A program made the translations under genes and the position numbers. A stretch of DNA of 64,000 nucleotides from Blastocatellia bacterium. Lineage in GTDB: Bacteria; Acidobacteriota; Blastocatellia; RBC074. Below, piece by piece: positions 10,673-22,939 of this stretch. Under the pieces are notes generated by a model. It was not told the origin of the DNA, did no database searches, and saw only the letters and a program-made list of their open reading frames with translations. Each line of letters starts with the position of its first letter. The stretch's first letter is position 1. The stretch is taken from assembly GCA_033763135.1 (NCBI GenBank), contig JANRKY010000148.1, positions 2,277 through 66,276 on the forward strand. Direction: 5' to 3'.

Positions 10673-10845
10673 GAGGTCCCGGTCGCTTACGCTCCCGGTA
10701 CTGCATAGCCGAACGCTCCCGGTACTGCATAGCCGAAGAGATTGATGCGGTACCGGGAGCGTAAGCGACCGGAATATTGTGCAAGCGGCCACGAATAGAG
10801 GTCCCGGTCGCTTACGCTCCCGGTACTGCATAGCCGAAGCCGAAA
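10673..10845. repeat. 38-nt direct repeats (gtcccggtcgcttacgctcccggtactgcatagccgaa, two copies) flanking an inverted copy (ggtaccgggagcgtaagcgaccgg)
   Basis: Direct copies at 10678..10715 and 10801..10838, with a partial duplicate at 10713..10737 and the inverted segment at 10751..10774. The central segment can pair with either flank. Confidence 0.8.
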
Positions 10846-10866
10846 AGAGAAGGCTAAAAAGGAGAA

Positions 10867-11234
10867 GGGCTCGAAGTGCCTCACTCACTTCGAGCCCTGA
10901 TGCGATTCTCACACTTTGAAAGGCTGGTGATCGTTTTTGGAGATTGCCGGTCGGTAGCCTCACTCTACCAACGGCCTCGATCACCGTTCTTGGGACCTTA
11001 CACGCCCTTCCCCACCCAAAGTTCCCGGATCTTTCTGATTTTTTTGGGAGGGCCGCGCCACACTGTCTTCACTGACAACCGACAACCGACAACCGACAAC
11101 CGACAACCGACAACCGGCACCCCCAAAAAGTGTAAGGGCTTGATGGCGCCTCACTCGCCATCAAGCCCAAATGCGAACTTCTTTACGGAAGGACAGTGAT
11201 CATTTGGCCGCTATCGAGTACCCTCACTGTACTC
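10867..11234 (+). ncRNA. candidate structured non-coding RNA / hairpin array: four stem-loops sharing loop CCTCACT (10867..10897, 10946..10975, 11136..11168, 11215..11234)
   Basis: gggctcgaagtg-CCTCACT-cacttcgagccc; gccggtcggtag-CCTCACT-ctaccaacggc; gggcttgatggcg-CCTCACT-cgccatcaagccc; gagtac-(c)CCTCACT-gtactc. The loop is identical while the stems differ yet remain complementary. The transcribed strand is unknown. Confidence 0.35.
11074..11116. repeat. tandem heptamer repeat (CAACCGA)x6
   Basis: gacaaccgacaaccgacaaccgacaaccgacaaccgacaaccggc, in the topA upstream region. The same unit forms the inverted element at 49878..49999. Confidence 0.9.
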
Positions 11235-11460
11235 TCAAGCATTGATCACTTTGTTTTGTAGGCTACACGCCCGACCTCGAAAAAAGTTCCCGGGGGATCC
11301 GAAATTTCTTGATTTTTTTTTATTATTGGACAAAAGAGGGGGGAAGGCTTGAATCGGGGGGAAAAGGCGTGCTATTTGATTCGCCCTTTTGCAAAGGCTG
11401 TGGATCTGTTTTATGTTCTGAGCCGTCGTAAGCGAAAAGAGAATGGAATTGTATTGAACT

Positions 11461-14004
<2,544 letters not shown>

Positions 14005-14081
14005 GCGGGAAAAGCACGGACAGGATGAACAGGATTTTTCAGGATTTCACAGGATGAGCCCGACACAGGCTTGAATCCTGT

Positions 14082-15489
<1,408 letters not shown>

Positions 15490-15504
15490 ATCTGTGAGTA
15501 AATT

Positions 15505-16044
15505 ATGAGATCGAAAAAAATCTTCCCGATGCTCCTGCTGGCGCTCTGTCTCGCGACGAGCGCGCTCTCCCAGTCGAAACCGGCGTCGCCCCGCGCGACG
15601 GTCCAGTCCTTCTTCAATCTGCTCAAATCGCAGAAATACGACGCACTATACGAATTTCTCCCCTCGGACCTGCAACGGCAAACGTCGCGCGAACAGTTCG
15701 CCATGAGCCTCAAACGACTGGACGGCTTCCTGTTGATCGAGAAGCTGGAGGTCGGGCGCGTGCAGGAGCGAAACGAATTCGCCGTCGTCGACACGACGAT
15801 CTACGGCAGGCTCAAACAACCCATGAAGATCAACGCGGAAGAGATCCAGGAGGGACGCGTCTCAGTACAGCAGTTCCTCTTCCGCGAATCCGGCGCCTGG
15901 AAACTGGCCACGGCCGACAACCGCTCCCAGAGCTTCTTTCTGAAACGCAATCCCGATTTCGAAAAGCAGTTTCAACTCTCGCGACCGAAGTTCGAGTTTC
16001 GGCAGAACGGCCGGTGGACCGCCATGGGGCCGCGACGCCAATAA
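15505..16044 (+). CDS. secreted hypothetical protein
   Basis: 179 aa with a signal peptide (MRSKKIFPMLLLALCLATSALSQ). No recognisable domain. Confidence 0.5.
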   Translation: MRSKKIFPMLLLALCLATSALSQSKPASPRATVQSFFNLLKSQKYDALYEFLPSDLQRQTSREQFAMSLKRLDGFLLIEKLEVGRVQERNEFAVVDTTIYGRLKQPMKINAEEIQEGRVSVQQFLFRESGAWKLATADNRSQSFFLKRNPDFEKQFQLSRPKFEFRQNGRWTAMGPRRQ

Positions 16045-16052
16045 CAATGGGC

Positions 16053-16640
16053 TCAGCGCATCTTTCCGATCGTCTGCTGCCAGGTGAGCGACTTGCGGAG
16101 CACGGCCAGCCGCGCGCGCTCCGTCGCGTCCGTCAGTCGATCGAGCTGATCGACGATCGCCGTCAGCAGCGGGAAGGCGAAGAGGTTCGCATGCGTCGAG
16201 ACGTGGGCGTAATAGGCGAGCTGCAGCGTGCCGCGGCCGTCCCGATGAAAGGCCAGGATCTCCTCCGTCGTCATCGTCTCGACGTGCGAATTGATCGGCA
16301 GCACGACCCGCGGGACGCCCTGATGCGCGCCCTGGGCATCCTGCCAGCCGAGCAGGAGAAGGCCGATCAGCACGCCCTGCTCGTTCAGATAGTCCGGCAT
16401 GAAGACATTGTTCAGTTCGCGCGGCGTCGTCAGGCGCGGACCGAAATTGCCGTAGTCGGGGTTGATCAGCAGTGAATCGTAGATCACGCCCACCACGACC
16501 CGCTCGCCCGCGGAAATCCGCACGAACTGCCCGAAGTGATAATCGTCCATCTTCGGCGAAGCGTCCGTCTCCAGCGAATCGAGGATGCGCGCGGAATAGT
16601 CGACGTGCGAATTGGATTTGATGATCTTCGCTATCAGCAT
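16053..16640 (-). CDS. hypothetical protein
   Basis: 195-aa ORF directly downstream of wzt on the same strand. No motif recognised. Confidence 0.4.
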   Translation of the reverse strand: MLIAKIIKSNSHVDYSARILDSLETDASPKMDDYHFGQFVRISAGERVVVGVIYDSLLINPDYGNFGPRLTTPRELNNVFMPDYLNEQGVLIGLLLLGWQDAQGAHQGVPRVVLPINSHVETMTTEEILAFHRDGRGTLQLAYYAHVSTHANLFAFPLLTAIVDQLDRLTDATERARLAVLRKSLTWQQTIGKMR

Positions 16641-16657
16641 GGTGATCTCCTCCCTCC

Positions 16658-16762
16658 GACCGGGCCAGTATACGCGACGCGGCGAGAAGCGCGACGCGGC
16701 GAAAAAAAATCATCCTCGCCGCGTCGCCGCGTCGCTCTCCTCGCCGCGTCGCCAGTTCGCTT
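16658..16762. repeat. CGACGCGGCG-unit palindromic element overlapping the wzt 3' end
   Basis: cgcgacgcggcgagaagcgcgacgcggcgaaaaaaaatcatcctcgccgcgtcgccgcgtcgctctcctcgccgcgtcgcc. Related unit repeats lie at 7425..7445 and 45737..45768. Confidence 0.75.
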
Positions 16763-17993
16763 CGAACTTCATCAGGCCGTGGATCACGCCTTCGGTGACG
16801 ACGTTCAACTGATAGAGCTGGTTGTGGACGTCGGCCGGATCGCCCCAGCCCGGTTCGCCGCTCTCGGTGAAGACCTTGAGCGACAGATAATAGACGTTGT
16901 GCGAGAGTTCGAGATTCGGGATGTGCAGCTCGATGGCGCCCGTCCCGGCCGCAACGGGCATGGACGTGGGGTGCGTGTCGAAATTGTTGATGCTGCCGAT
17001 GAAGACACCGTCATAGCGGTGCAGATCGACCGCGAAGATGGGGGCGGGATAATCGGCGTCGGCTTCGTATTCGAGCCGGATCGTCATGGACTCGCCGGTC
17101 TTGAAGACCCAGGTGGCCTCTCCGCGGGGATTGATCGCCTCGACGCGGGTGAAGCGAATGCGGCCGTTTCCCCATCGCGAGCCGGTCAGTTTCAACTCGC
17201 GCAGGATATCGTCGTGATCGGGCGAGCCGATGCCGCCGCCCTGCGCTGTCTGATGCAATCGCTGGTCTTCGAGCTTCGCGCAGAAGGCCTGATAGGCCGT
17301 CACGACTTCGCGGGCGTTGCCGGTCATCGCGACCTTGCCGCCCTCGATCCACATCGCGCTCGTGCAGAACCGCTGGACCAGCCCGGGATCGTGCGAGACG
17401 AAGAGGACCGTCTTCCCCGCCTTGCGGAAATATTCCATGCGGTCGAGCGATTTGCGCTGAAAATAGACGTCGCCGACCGAGAGCGCCTCATCCACGATCA
17501 GCACATCGGGATCGACGTGAATCGCCGACGCGAACGCGAGCCGCATGAGCATGCCCGTCGAATAGGTCTTGACCGGCTGATCGACAAAGGCCTCCAGCTC
17601 GGCGAACTGCACGATGACGTCCATTCGCCGGGCCATCTCCTCTTCGCTGAAGCCGAGAATCTGTCCGCTCAGCAGGATGTTCTCCCGCCCCGTATATTCG
17701 GGATTGAACCCGCTGCCGAGTTCGAGCAGCGCCGTCACGCGCCCCTCGACGCGCACCTCGCCCCGCGTCGGCTGGAGCACGCCCGCGATGATCTGCAGCA
17801 GCGTCGTCTTCCCCGCCCCATTCCGCCCGATGATCCCGACCGCCTCGCCCGTCGGCACTTCGAGGCTCACCTCCTCCAGCGCCCAGAAATCGCGATGATA
17901 CTTCCGCCGCCCGCGCAGCAGAATCTCCTTCAACCGGCCCGCCGGCGAATCATAGAGTCGATAGAGTTTTGAAACGTTCTGTACGGAGATCAC
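16710..17993 (-). CDS. polysaccharide/O-antigen ABC transporter ATP-binding protein (Wzt/TagH type) with C-terminal carbohydrate-binding domain
   Basis: 427 aa with Walker A (GRNGAGKTT), ABC signature (YSTGMLMRLAFA) and Walker B (LIVDEALSVGD). A roughly 160-aa beta-rich C-terminal extension follows, as in Wzt proteins. Confidence 0.8.
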   Translation of the reverse strand: MISVQNVSKLYRLYDSPAGRLKEILLRGRRKYHRDFWALEEVSLEVPTGEAVGIIGRNGAGKTTLLQIIAGVLQPTRGEVRVEGRVTALLELGSGFNPEYTGRENILLSGQILGFSEEEMARRMDVIVQFAELEAFVDQPVKTYSTGMLMRLAFASAIHVDPDVLIVDEALSVGDVYFQRKSLDRMEYFRKAGKTVLFVSHDPGLVQRFCTSAMWIEGGKVAMTGNAREVVTAYQAFCAKLEDQRLHQTAQGGGIGSPDHDDILRELKLTGSRWGNGRIRFTRVEAINPRGEATWVFKTGESMTIRLEYEADADYPAPIFAVDLHRYDGVFIGSINNFDTHPTSMPVAAGTGAIELHIPNLELSHNVYYLSLKVFTESGEPGWGDPADVHNQLYQLNVVTEGVIHGLMKFEANWRRGEESDAATRRG

Positions 17994-18156
17994 AGTGAAA
18001 ACAGGCCTTGATTATCGTTTCGGCCATATTGGCGTGGAGATGGACCACAAAACCGCAGAGGCACGGAGAGAGCCGGAAAACAGGGACGCCTCTGCTCTCC
18101 GCGTCGCCACTCCGCGACCTTGCGGCAGCTTCAGGCTCATTGTGCCGAAATGATGA

Positions 18157-18573
18157 TCAAGGCCCCTCTTCCTGATAAGGGCCAAGATAGAGCGCGGCGT
18201 CGTAATCCACTACAGCCAGACGAACCTTCTGCAGCCACCCCTCCCGCCCTAAAAGATTACGTGGCAGACCGTAGTCGGCAGCGAAGTAGACAACCGAATC
18301 GAACTCCAACCCAAGCGTGGTGAGCGTGACGGCGTGACCAAATGCGGTGAGCGAGCCGGCCAGCGTATTGAAGATGCGGCGATGGCCTGTTTCGATATCA
18401 ACGCCCAGAGCCTCCGCAATCTCTCGCATGAAAAGGCACACCTGCCCGCCAGTATCAATCTTGGCCAGACAAATAATGGAAGTAGCTCCAAAACCAAGAC
18501 GCGCTTCTATCGTAATGCCCTCAAGTCGCGTGTCGTAGCTTTCACGGGCGGCAAAGGCAAGTTGATGCGACAT
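18157..18573 (-). CDS. retropepsin-like (clan AA) aspartyl protease, putative
   Basis: Probable start MSHQLAF at 18573. Contains AKIDTGGQV, which resembles the D-T/S-G-A/G active-site motif. The gene lies in a locally low-GC segment. Confidence 0.5.
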   Translation of the reverse strand: MSHQLAFAARESYDTRLEGITIEARLGFGATSIICLAKIDTGGQVCLFMREIAEALGVDIETGHRRIFNTLAGSLTAFGHAVTLTTLGLEFDSVVYFAADYGLPRNLLGREGWLQKVRLAVVDYDAALYLGPYQEEGP

Positions 18574-18575
18574 AG

Positions 18576-18995
18576 TCAAAGAATGAACGGAGGCGCATCG
18601 CTGGGTTCGACCAAAACCAGCAGCGCATCTAAATGGCCCGCATCTTGCGCGGCCCGGTGAACGGCCTTGGCATTTGTGCCGTGACTGACGAGGCGCCCGA
18701 ATTTGAGCGCGACCCATTGCCCGGCGTACTCATCACGATGATCCGCCAGCCATTGTCGATCAGCGCTAAAGTCACGCAGTTCAGCCGCTCGCACCGATCC
18801 GCTACGGCCCTCCAGTCCCTGAGTGTCATTAATTTCTGTAGAAACATATTGACTCTCTGATTCATCGGGCTCAGGCTGAATACTCGAGCCTCCTTGTTCA
18901 AGTAGATCAGCCAGGCGTTTAATGAGTTTGACTTGCTCGCTTGCCGAGAGTTGCTGCACCTGGTTCATGATCAAATCGAGTTGATTAACAGCCAT
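18576..18995 (-). CDS. hypothetical protein, partner of the aspartyl protease (possible antitoxin-like or DUF protein)
   Basis: 139 aa. A strong Shine-Dalgarno sequence AAGGAGGTG lies 6 nt upstream of the ATG at 18995. Its stop abuts the protease start. The gene is low in GC. Confidence 0.5.
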   Translation of the reverse strand: MAVNQLDLIMNQVQQLSASEQVKLIKRLADLLEQGGSSIQPEPDESESQYVSTEINDTQGLEGRSGSVRAAELRDFSADRQWLADHRDEYAGQWVALKFGRLVSHGTNAKAVHRAAQDAGHLDALLVLVEPSDAPPFIL

Positions 18996-19069
18996 TGCTT
19001 CACCTCCTTGCCGTTCAAATGGAGATTATACGCAATCATGTGGGAGTTGAACCAGAAGCGTCCGGAAGA

Positions 19070-21115
19070 TCAATCATACAATTCGTGCGGATAGCGGTCG
19101 AACTGTTCGCTCTGTTTGCGCCCGACGGCGTAGATGTTGTCGCCGCGCAGCTCCCGCGGGACGCCGGTCGCGTCGAGCGATTGGAGGAGCGCCTCATCGG
19201 TGGCGTGCCAGACATCCTCGGCAAAGAGGCGCACGACCTTGAAGCCGGCCGCTTCGAGAACGGTGCGGACGTCGCCGGGCGCGTATTCCCGGCTGTGGCG
19301 ATCGGCGGAATTGTTCCGATTATAGAGGCCGTAGATGTTCGGGCTGCGCCCGGCCATGGCCTCGCCGACGCTGAAGGCGCTGGCGATGTTCGGCGTCGTC
19401 AGAATCAGCAGGCCGCCCCAGCGGAGGATGCGGTTGAGTTCCGTCAGCATGTGCATCGGGTCTTCGCGCAGGTGTTCGATCAGCTCGCAGCAGAGGACGA
19501 CATCGAAATGGTTGTCGGGGAACGGAAATCGATCGTGCTCGGCGTCCACGTTCTTCATCGTGAACGAGGCCTCCTCGCCGGTCACGGCGTGGCGGAACGA
19601 CTGGACCTGCTCGCGCGTCGGCCCCTCCCAGAAGTTGGTCACGGCGATTTCGTCATAGCTGCCGTAGCGGCGGATGATCAGCGGCATCTGGCAATAGCTG
19701 CTCAGTTCGAGCAGGCGCCGGCCCGGGCCGCCCTGCGGGACGAGTTCGACCGTGCGCAGCAGCCGGGCGCCGTGCTTGCGCAGATAGCCGGTCGCGTTCG
19801 CGTCCTCGGCATAAAAGCCCAGCACGTGATCGAGCGCCTCTTCGCGATCGAAGGCGATCGTCGGCGCCTCCTTGAAATCGAGCCGGTAGTTGGGCGTGGG
19901 CGGGACGGTCCGCGGATGTCCGCGCCGTTCCAGAATCCGCCCGGCGAGATCGAGATAGCGGGCCGCGGACTTTTCGATCGCGCACTCGCCGCGGACCCAA
20001 TCCATCGCCCGCCGGCTCAGGGCCTCGCGAAGCGTCGGTCGATGCGCGAGCGCGTGCAGCCGCTTGTAGAGATCGCCCTCTTCATTCGGCCCGATGGGCA
20101 CCTTCATCACCACATCGTCGGGAAGCTCGCCGAACTGGCCGAAGTCCGTGACGATCACCGGCTTGCCCGTGCCGAGCGAGCGCACCAGCGTCCCCGAGGT
20201 CTCGCCGGCCGTCGGATAGCGCAGATTGACGATCACGTCGACCGCCTTCAAATACCGGAAGAAATCGCGCTCGGTCACATAGCCCGTGATGCGCACGCGA
20301 TCGCGCAGATTCATCTCTTCGATGAGCGGCGCGACGCTCCATTTCCAGTGATCCTCGCCGACGATCAGATAGAGCGCGTTCGGCAGAATCCGCAGCAGAC
20401 GCTGAAACGCCGCCAGCACGGCCGGAATCCGCTTCGATTGCGTGACGAACCCGTGCGAGGCGATCACCCAGGCATCCTCGGGAATCCCGAGCGATCGGCG
20501 GCACTCCGCCTTGTCCATCGCATCGAGCGCGAAGGCCTGCGGCGCAAGGTGGTGCGGGATCAACTCGACCGGCGCCCGCAGGCCTTCGAGCTGCGAGAGC
20601 GCGTACTCGTTGTGGACGATGACGCCGAGGCTTCGCGAGACGATTCGCCGGTTGAGCGGCATGAGAAACTGCTGATAGTCGCTGCCGACGCTGTTGGCGC
20701 GCATATCGGCCGCGCGGGCGCCGCGCCGGCCGTAGGCGTAGAACATCTCGTTCCAATAGGCCTCTTCATCCTGTCGGCCGAGCGTCTTCCAGGCGATCAG
20801 GTGATGCAGACAGTGCTCGTGCAGCACGAGCAGGCCCGGCGTCTCGATCGCGCGCTCATAAACGAATTCGTGATAGGGGTTGTTGCCCTGGTGATAGATG
20901 CAGAGATCGAAGGGCTGCTGTCGATGGATCTCGTCGAAGTGGGTTGCGTCGTGGACGGCGAAGTGAGGGCTGTCCGCATTCAGCCGCAGCTGGTCGGCCT
21001 GTTCCACAAAGACGCTGATCTCCGCGCCGCGCGCCAGATGCGGCAGCAATTCCGCATTGTAATCGGCGATGCCCGACTTGCTCGGGGGGAGCGGCGTGAA
21101 ATAGGCCAGACGCAT
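19070..21115 (-). CDS. bifunctional glycosyltransferase family 4 / class I SAM-dependent methyltransferase
   Basis: 681 aa. The N-terminal part has a GT4 fold (GT1-type EX7E region, ..GETSGTLVRSLGTGKPVIVTD). The C-terminal part is a methyltransferase (LELSSYCQ.., ILRWGGLLILTTPN). Confidence 0.75.
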   Translation of the reverse strand: MRLAYFTPLPPSKSGIADYNAELLPHLARGAEISVFVEQADQLRLNADSPHFAVHDATHFDEIHRQQPFDLCIYHQGNNPYHEFVYERAIETPGLLVLHEHCLHHLIAWKTLGRQDEEAYWNEMFYAYGRRGARAADMRANSVGSDYQQFLMPLNRRIVSRSLGVIVHNEYALSQLEGLRAPVELIPHHLAPQAFALDAMDKAECRRSLGIPEDAWVIASHGFVTQSKRIPAVLAAFQRLLRILPNALYLIVGEDHWKWSVAPLIEEMNLRDRVRITGYVTERDFFRYLKAVDVIVNLRYPTAGETSGTLVRSLGTGKPVIVTDFGQFGELPDDVVMKVPIGPNEEGDLYKRLHALAHRPTLREALSRRAMDWVRGECAIEKSAARYLDLAGRILERRGHPRTVPPTPNYRLDFKEAPTIAFDREEALDHVLGFYAEDANATGYLRKHGARLLRTVELVPQGGPGRRLLELSSYCQMPLIIRRYGSYDEIAVTNFWEGPTREQVQSFRHAVTGEEASFTMKNVDAEHDRFPFPDNHFDVVLCCELIEHLREDPMHMLTELNRILRWGGLLILTTPNIASAFSVGEAMAGRSPNIYGLYNRNNSADRHSREYAPGDVRTVLEAAGFKVVRLFAEDVWHATDEALLQSLDATGVPRELRGDNIYAVGRKQSEQFDRYPHELYD

Positions 21116-21138
21116 AGAGTATGGTCGCGAGCGGGCGC

Positions 21139-22002
21139 TCAGGCGATCCGGACCGCCGGCTGCACCCGAACCCGGTAAAGATAGGCGCCGAGTGCGCCGA
21201 TGAAGGAGATCAGGGCGATGAACTGCGACGTGGACAGATTCATGATCTCTCCGCGCGGATCGTCGCGCCAGAACTCGATGATGAATCGCGCAACGGCATA
21301 GAGGATCGCATAGGCCAGCATCACCTGCCCGTAAAATCGCCGACGGCCGAAGAGCGCCAGCAGGGCGAGAAAGATCACGATCATCGCCGCGGACTCATAG
21401 AGCTGGGTCGGATGAAGCCGGATCGGCGCGAGCAGCCCGCCCAGGCGCTCGGCCCAGACATTCTGCTGAATCGGGTCGGCGAGATGCGCGACGATCGTCG
21501 GAACGCTCGTGATCTCGTGGCCGCGATCGGTGAAATGGACGCCGCACCAGGCCGTCGTCGGCCTTCCCCAGCAGCAGCCGGCGCTGAAACAGCCGAGCCG
21601 CCCGATCGCCTGTCCGATCGCAATCCCCGGCGCGAAGGCATCGGCCGTCCGCCACCACGGCAGCTTGTACCGCCACATCACCACCACCGAGGCCAGCAAC
21701 GCCGCCAGAAACCCGCCATAATAGACGCCCGCCGACAGCAGAAAGTCCCGCGTAAAGATCTCGCTGAATCCCCGGAGCGAGTACTCGTCCCATTCCGTGA
21801 TCACCAGCAGCAGCTTGGAGCCGACCAGCGACGAGGCCAGCACCCACAATCCGAGATCATAGACCTTCTGCTTGTCCAGCCCGTCCCGCTCGGCGAGGCG
21901 CGACATCACGAGCAACCCGACGATGAACGAGATCGCCAGCAGCAGGCCGTAGGTATTGAAGACGAAACTGGTGTAAGGAAGCTTGAAAAGTTCGGGGAAC
22001 AT
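21139..22002 (-). CDS. lgt: prolipoprotein diacylglyceryl transferase
   Basis: 287 aa, polytopic. Lgt signature GQAIGRLGCFSAGCCWGRP. Confidence 0.9.
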   Translation of the reverse strand: MFPELFKLPYTSFVFNTYGLLLAISFIVGLLVMSRLAERDGLDKQKVYDLGLWVLASSLVGSKLLLVITEWDEYSLRGFSEIFTRDFLLSAGVYYGGFLAALLASVVVMWRYKLPWWRTADAFAPGIAIGQAIGRLGCFSAGCCWGRPTTAWCGVHFTDRGHEITSVPTIVAHLADPIQQNVWAERLGGLLAPIRLHPTQLYESAAMIVIFLALLALFGRRRFYGQVMLAYAILYAVARFIIEFWRDDPRGEIMNLSTSQFIALISFIGALGAYLYRVRVQPAVRIA

Positions 22003-22025
22003 AGGGTCGCAAGCAGATCCGCACG

Positions 22026-22526
22026 TTATTCGGTGGCGGCGGGCGCCGGATTGGCGCGCGCCTCCCAGATCATCTCGATCGCGAGCAGCACGGCGCCCAC
22101 GCAGATCGCGGAATCGGCGACATTGAAGGTCGGCCAGACATACTGGTCGCGCCAGTGCACCTCAATGAAATCGACCACCTCTCCCAGCCGGATGCGGTCG
22201 ATCATATTCCCGACGATCCCCGCGAGCAGCAACCCGAGCGCAAGATTCGCCCGACGCTGCCACGCCGCCGTCCGCCACAGATAATTCAACACAAAGACCG
22301 CCGCGAAGATCGAGATGACGGCAAAGATCCATCGCACATTGAGACTGCTTTCGGCGAACATGCTGAACGCCACGCCGCGGTTCGTGGCGTAACTGAAGCG
22401 AAAATAGCCGGGAAGGACCTCGATGGTCATCACCGGCCGGAGTTTCAGCGTCGCCCACGCCTTCGTGGCCTGATCGGCGACGACCAGAAACAGCGCGAGA
22501 ATCAGATAGGGCAATTTCGCTCTCAT
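22026..22526 (-). CDS. lspA: lipoprotein signal peptidase II
   Basis: 166 aa with conserved LspA blocks (NRGVAFS, VVDFIEV.., FNVADSAI). Confidence 0.9.
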   Translation of the reverse strand: MRAKLPYLILALFLVVADQATKAWATLKLRPVMTIEVLPGYFRFSYATNRGVAFSMFAESSLNVRWIFAVISIFAAVFVLNYLWRTAAWQRRANLALGLLLAGIVGNMIDRIRLGEVVDFIEVHWRDQYVWPTFNVADSAICVGAVLLAIEMIWEARANPAPAATE

Positions 22527-22888
22527 TCCGATGCCTTCCCCGGGGAGATCTCTTCAATGATCGATTCCCCGCTCGACTCGTCCCCCGACGTCCATCGCCA
22601 CCGCTCGTGCATCCGCAGCCGTCCGTCGGGCAGCCGCTCCGGCGTGGAGCGACAGATCCCGCTCCGCCATTCGCCCGCCGCATTCAGATGCTGATACCGC
22701 ATCTCCAGACAATCCTCCTCGTCGACCCGCGCGAGCAGCGTGCCGAACCGGATCTCTCCGCCGGCATAGGTCGCCCACACGATCTCGCCCTCCTGCCGGT
22801 AATGAAAGATCGTCTCGGCCGACACCTCGCCGTTCTCGGTGTTGGCCACTGAGGCGAACCGGCGGTCATTGTAATTGATTCCATGCAT
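22523..22888 (-). CDS. hypothetical protein
   Basis: 121-aa ORF between ileS and lspA. It overlaps the lspA start by 4 bp. Confidence 0.45.
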   Translation of the reverse strand: MHGINYNDRRFASVANTENGEVSAETIFHYRQEGEIVWATYAGGEIRFGTLLARVDEEDCLEMRYQHLNAAGEWRSGICRSTPERLPDGRLRMHERWRWTSGDESSGESIIEEISPGKASE

Positions 22889-22939
22889 GAGTCTTATGGG
22901 AACCCATAGGACCTGTAAGTCCCTTAGGTCCCATCCGTC

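Noticed and set aside
10876-11199. 107-aa ORF inside the topA upstream repeat region
   Set aside because: Its sequence is dictated by the CAACCGA tandem repeat (DNRQPTTDNRQPTT) and the hairpin stems. There is no RBS, so it was interpreted as non-coding.
10867-11234. CsrB/RsmZ-type sRNA assignment for the CCTCACT hairpins
   Set aside because: Neither strand of the loops contains the A(N)GGA motif bound by CsrA/RsmA. The region is kept as an unclassified candidate structured RNA rather than a Csr-family sRNA.
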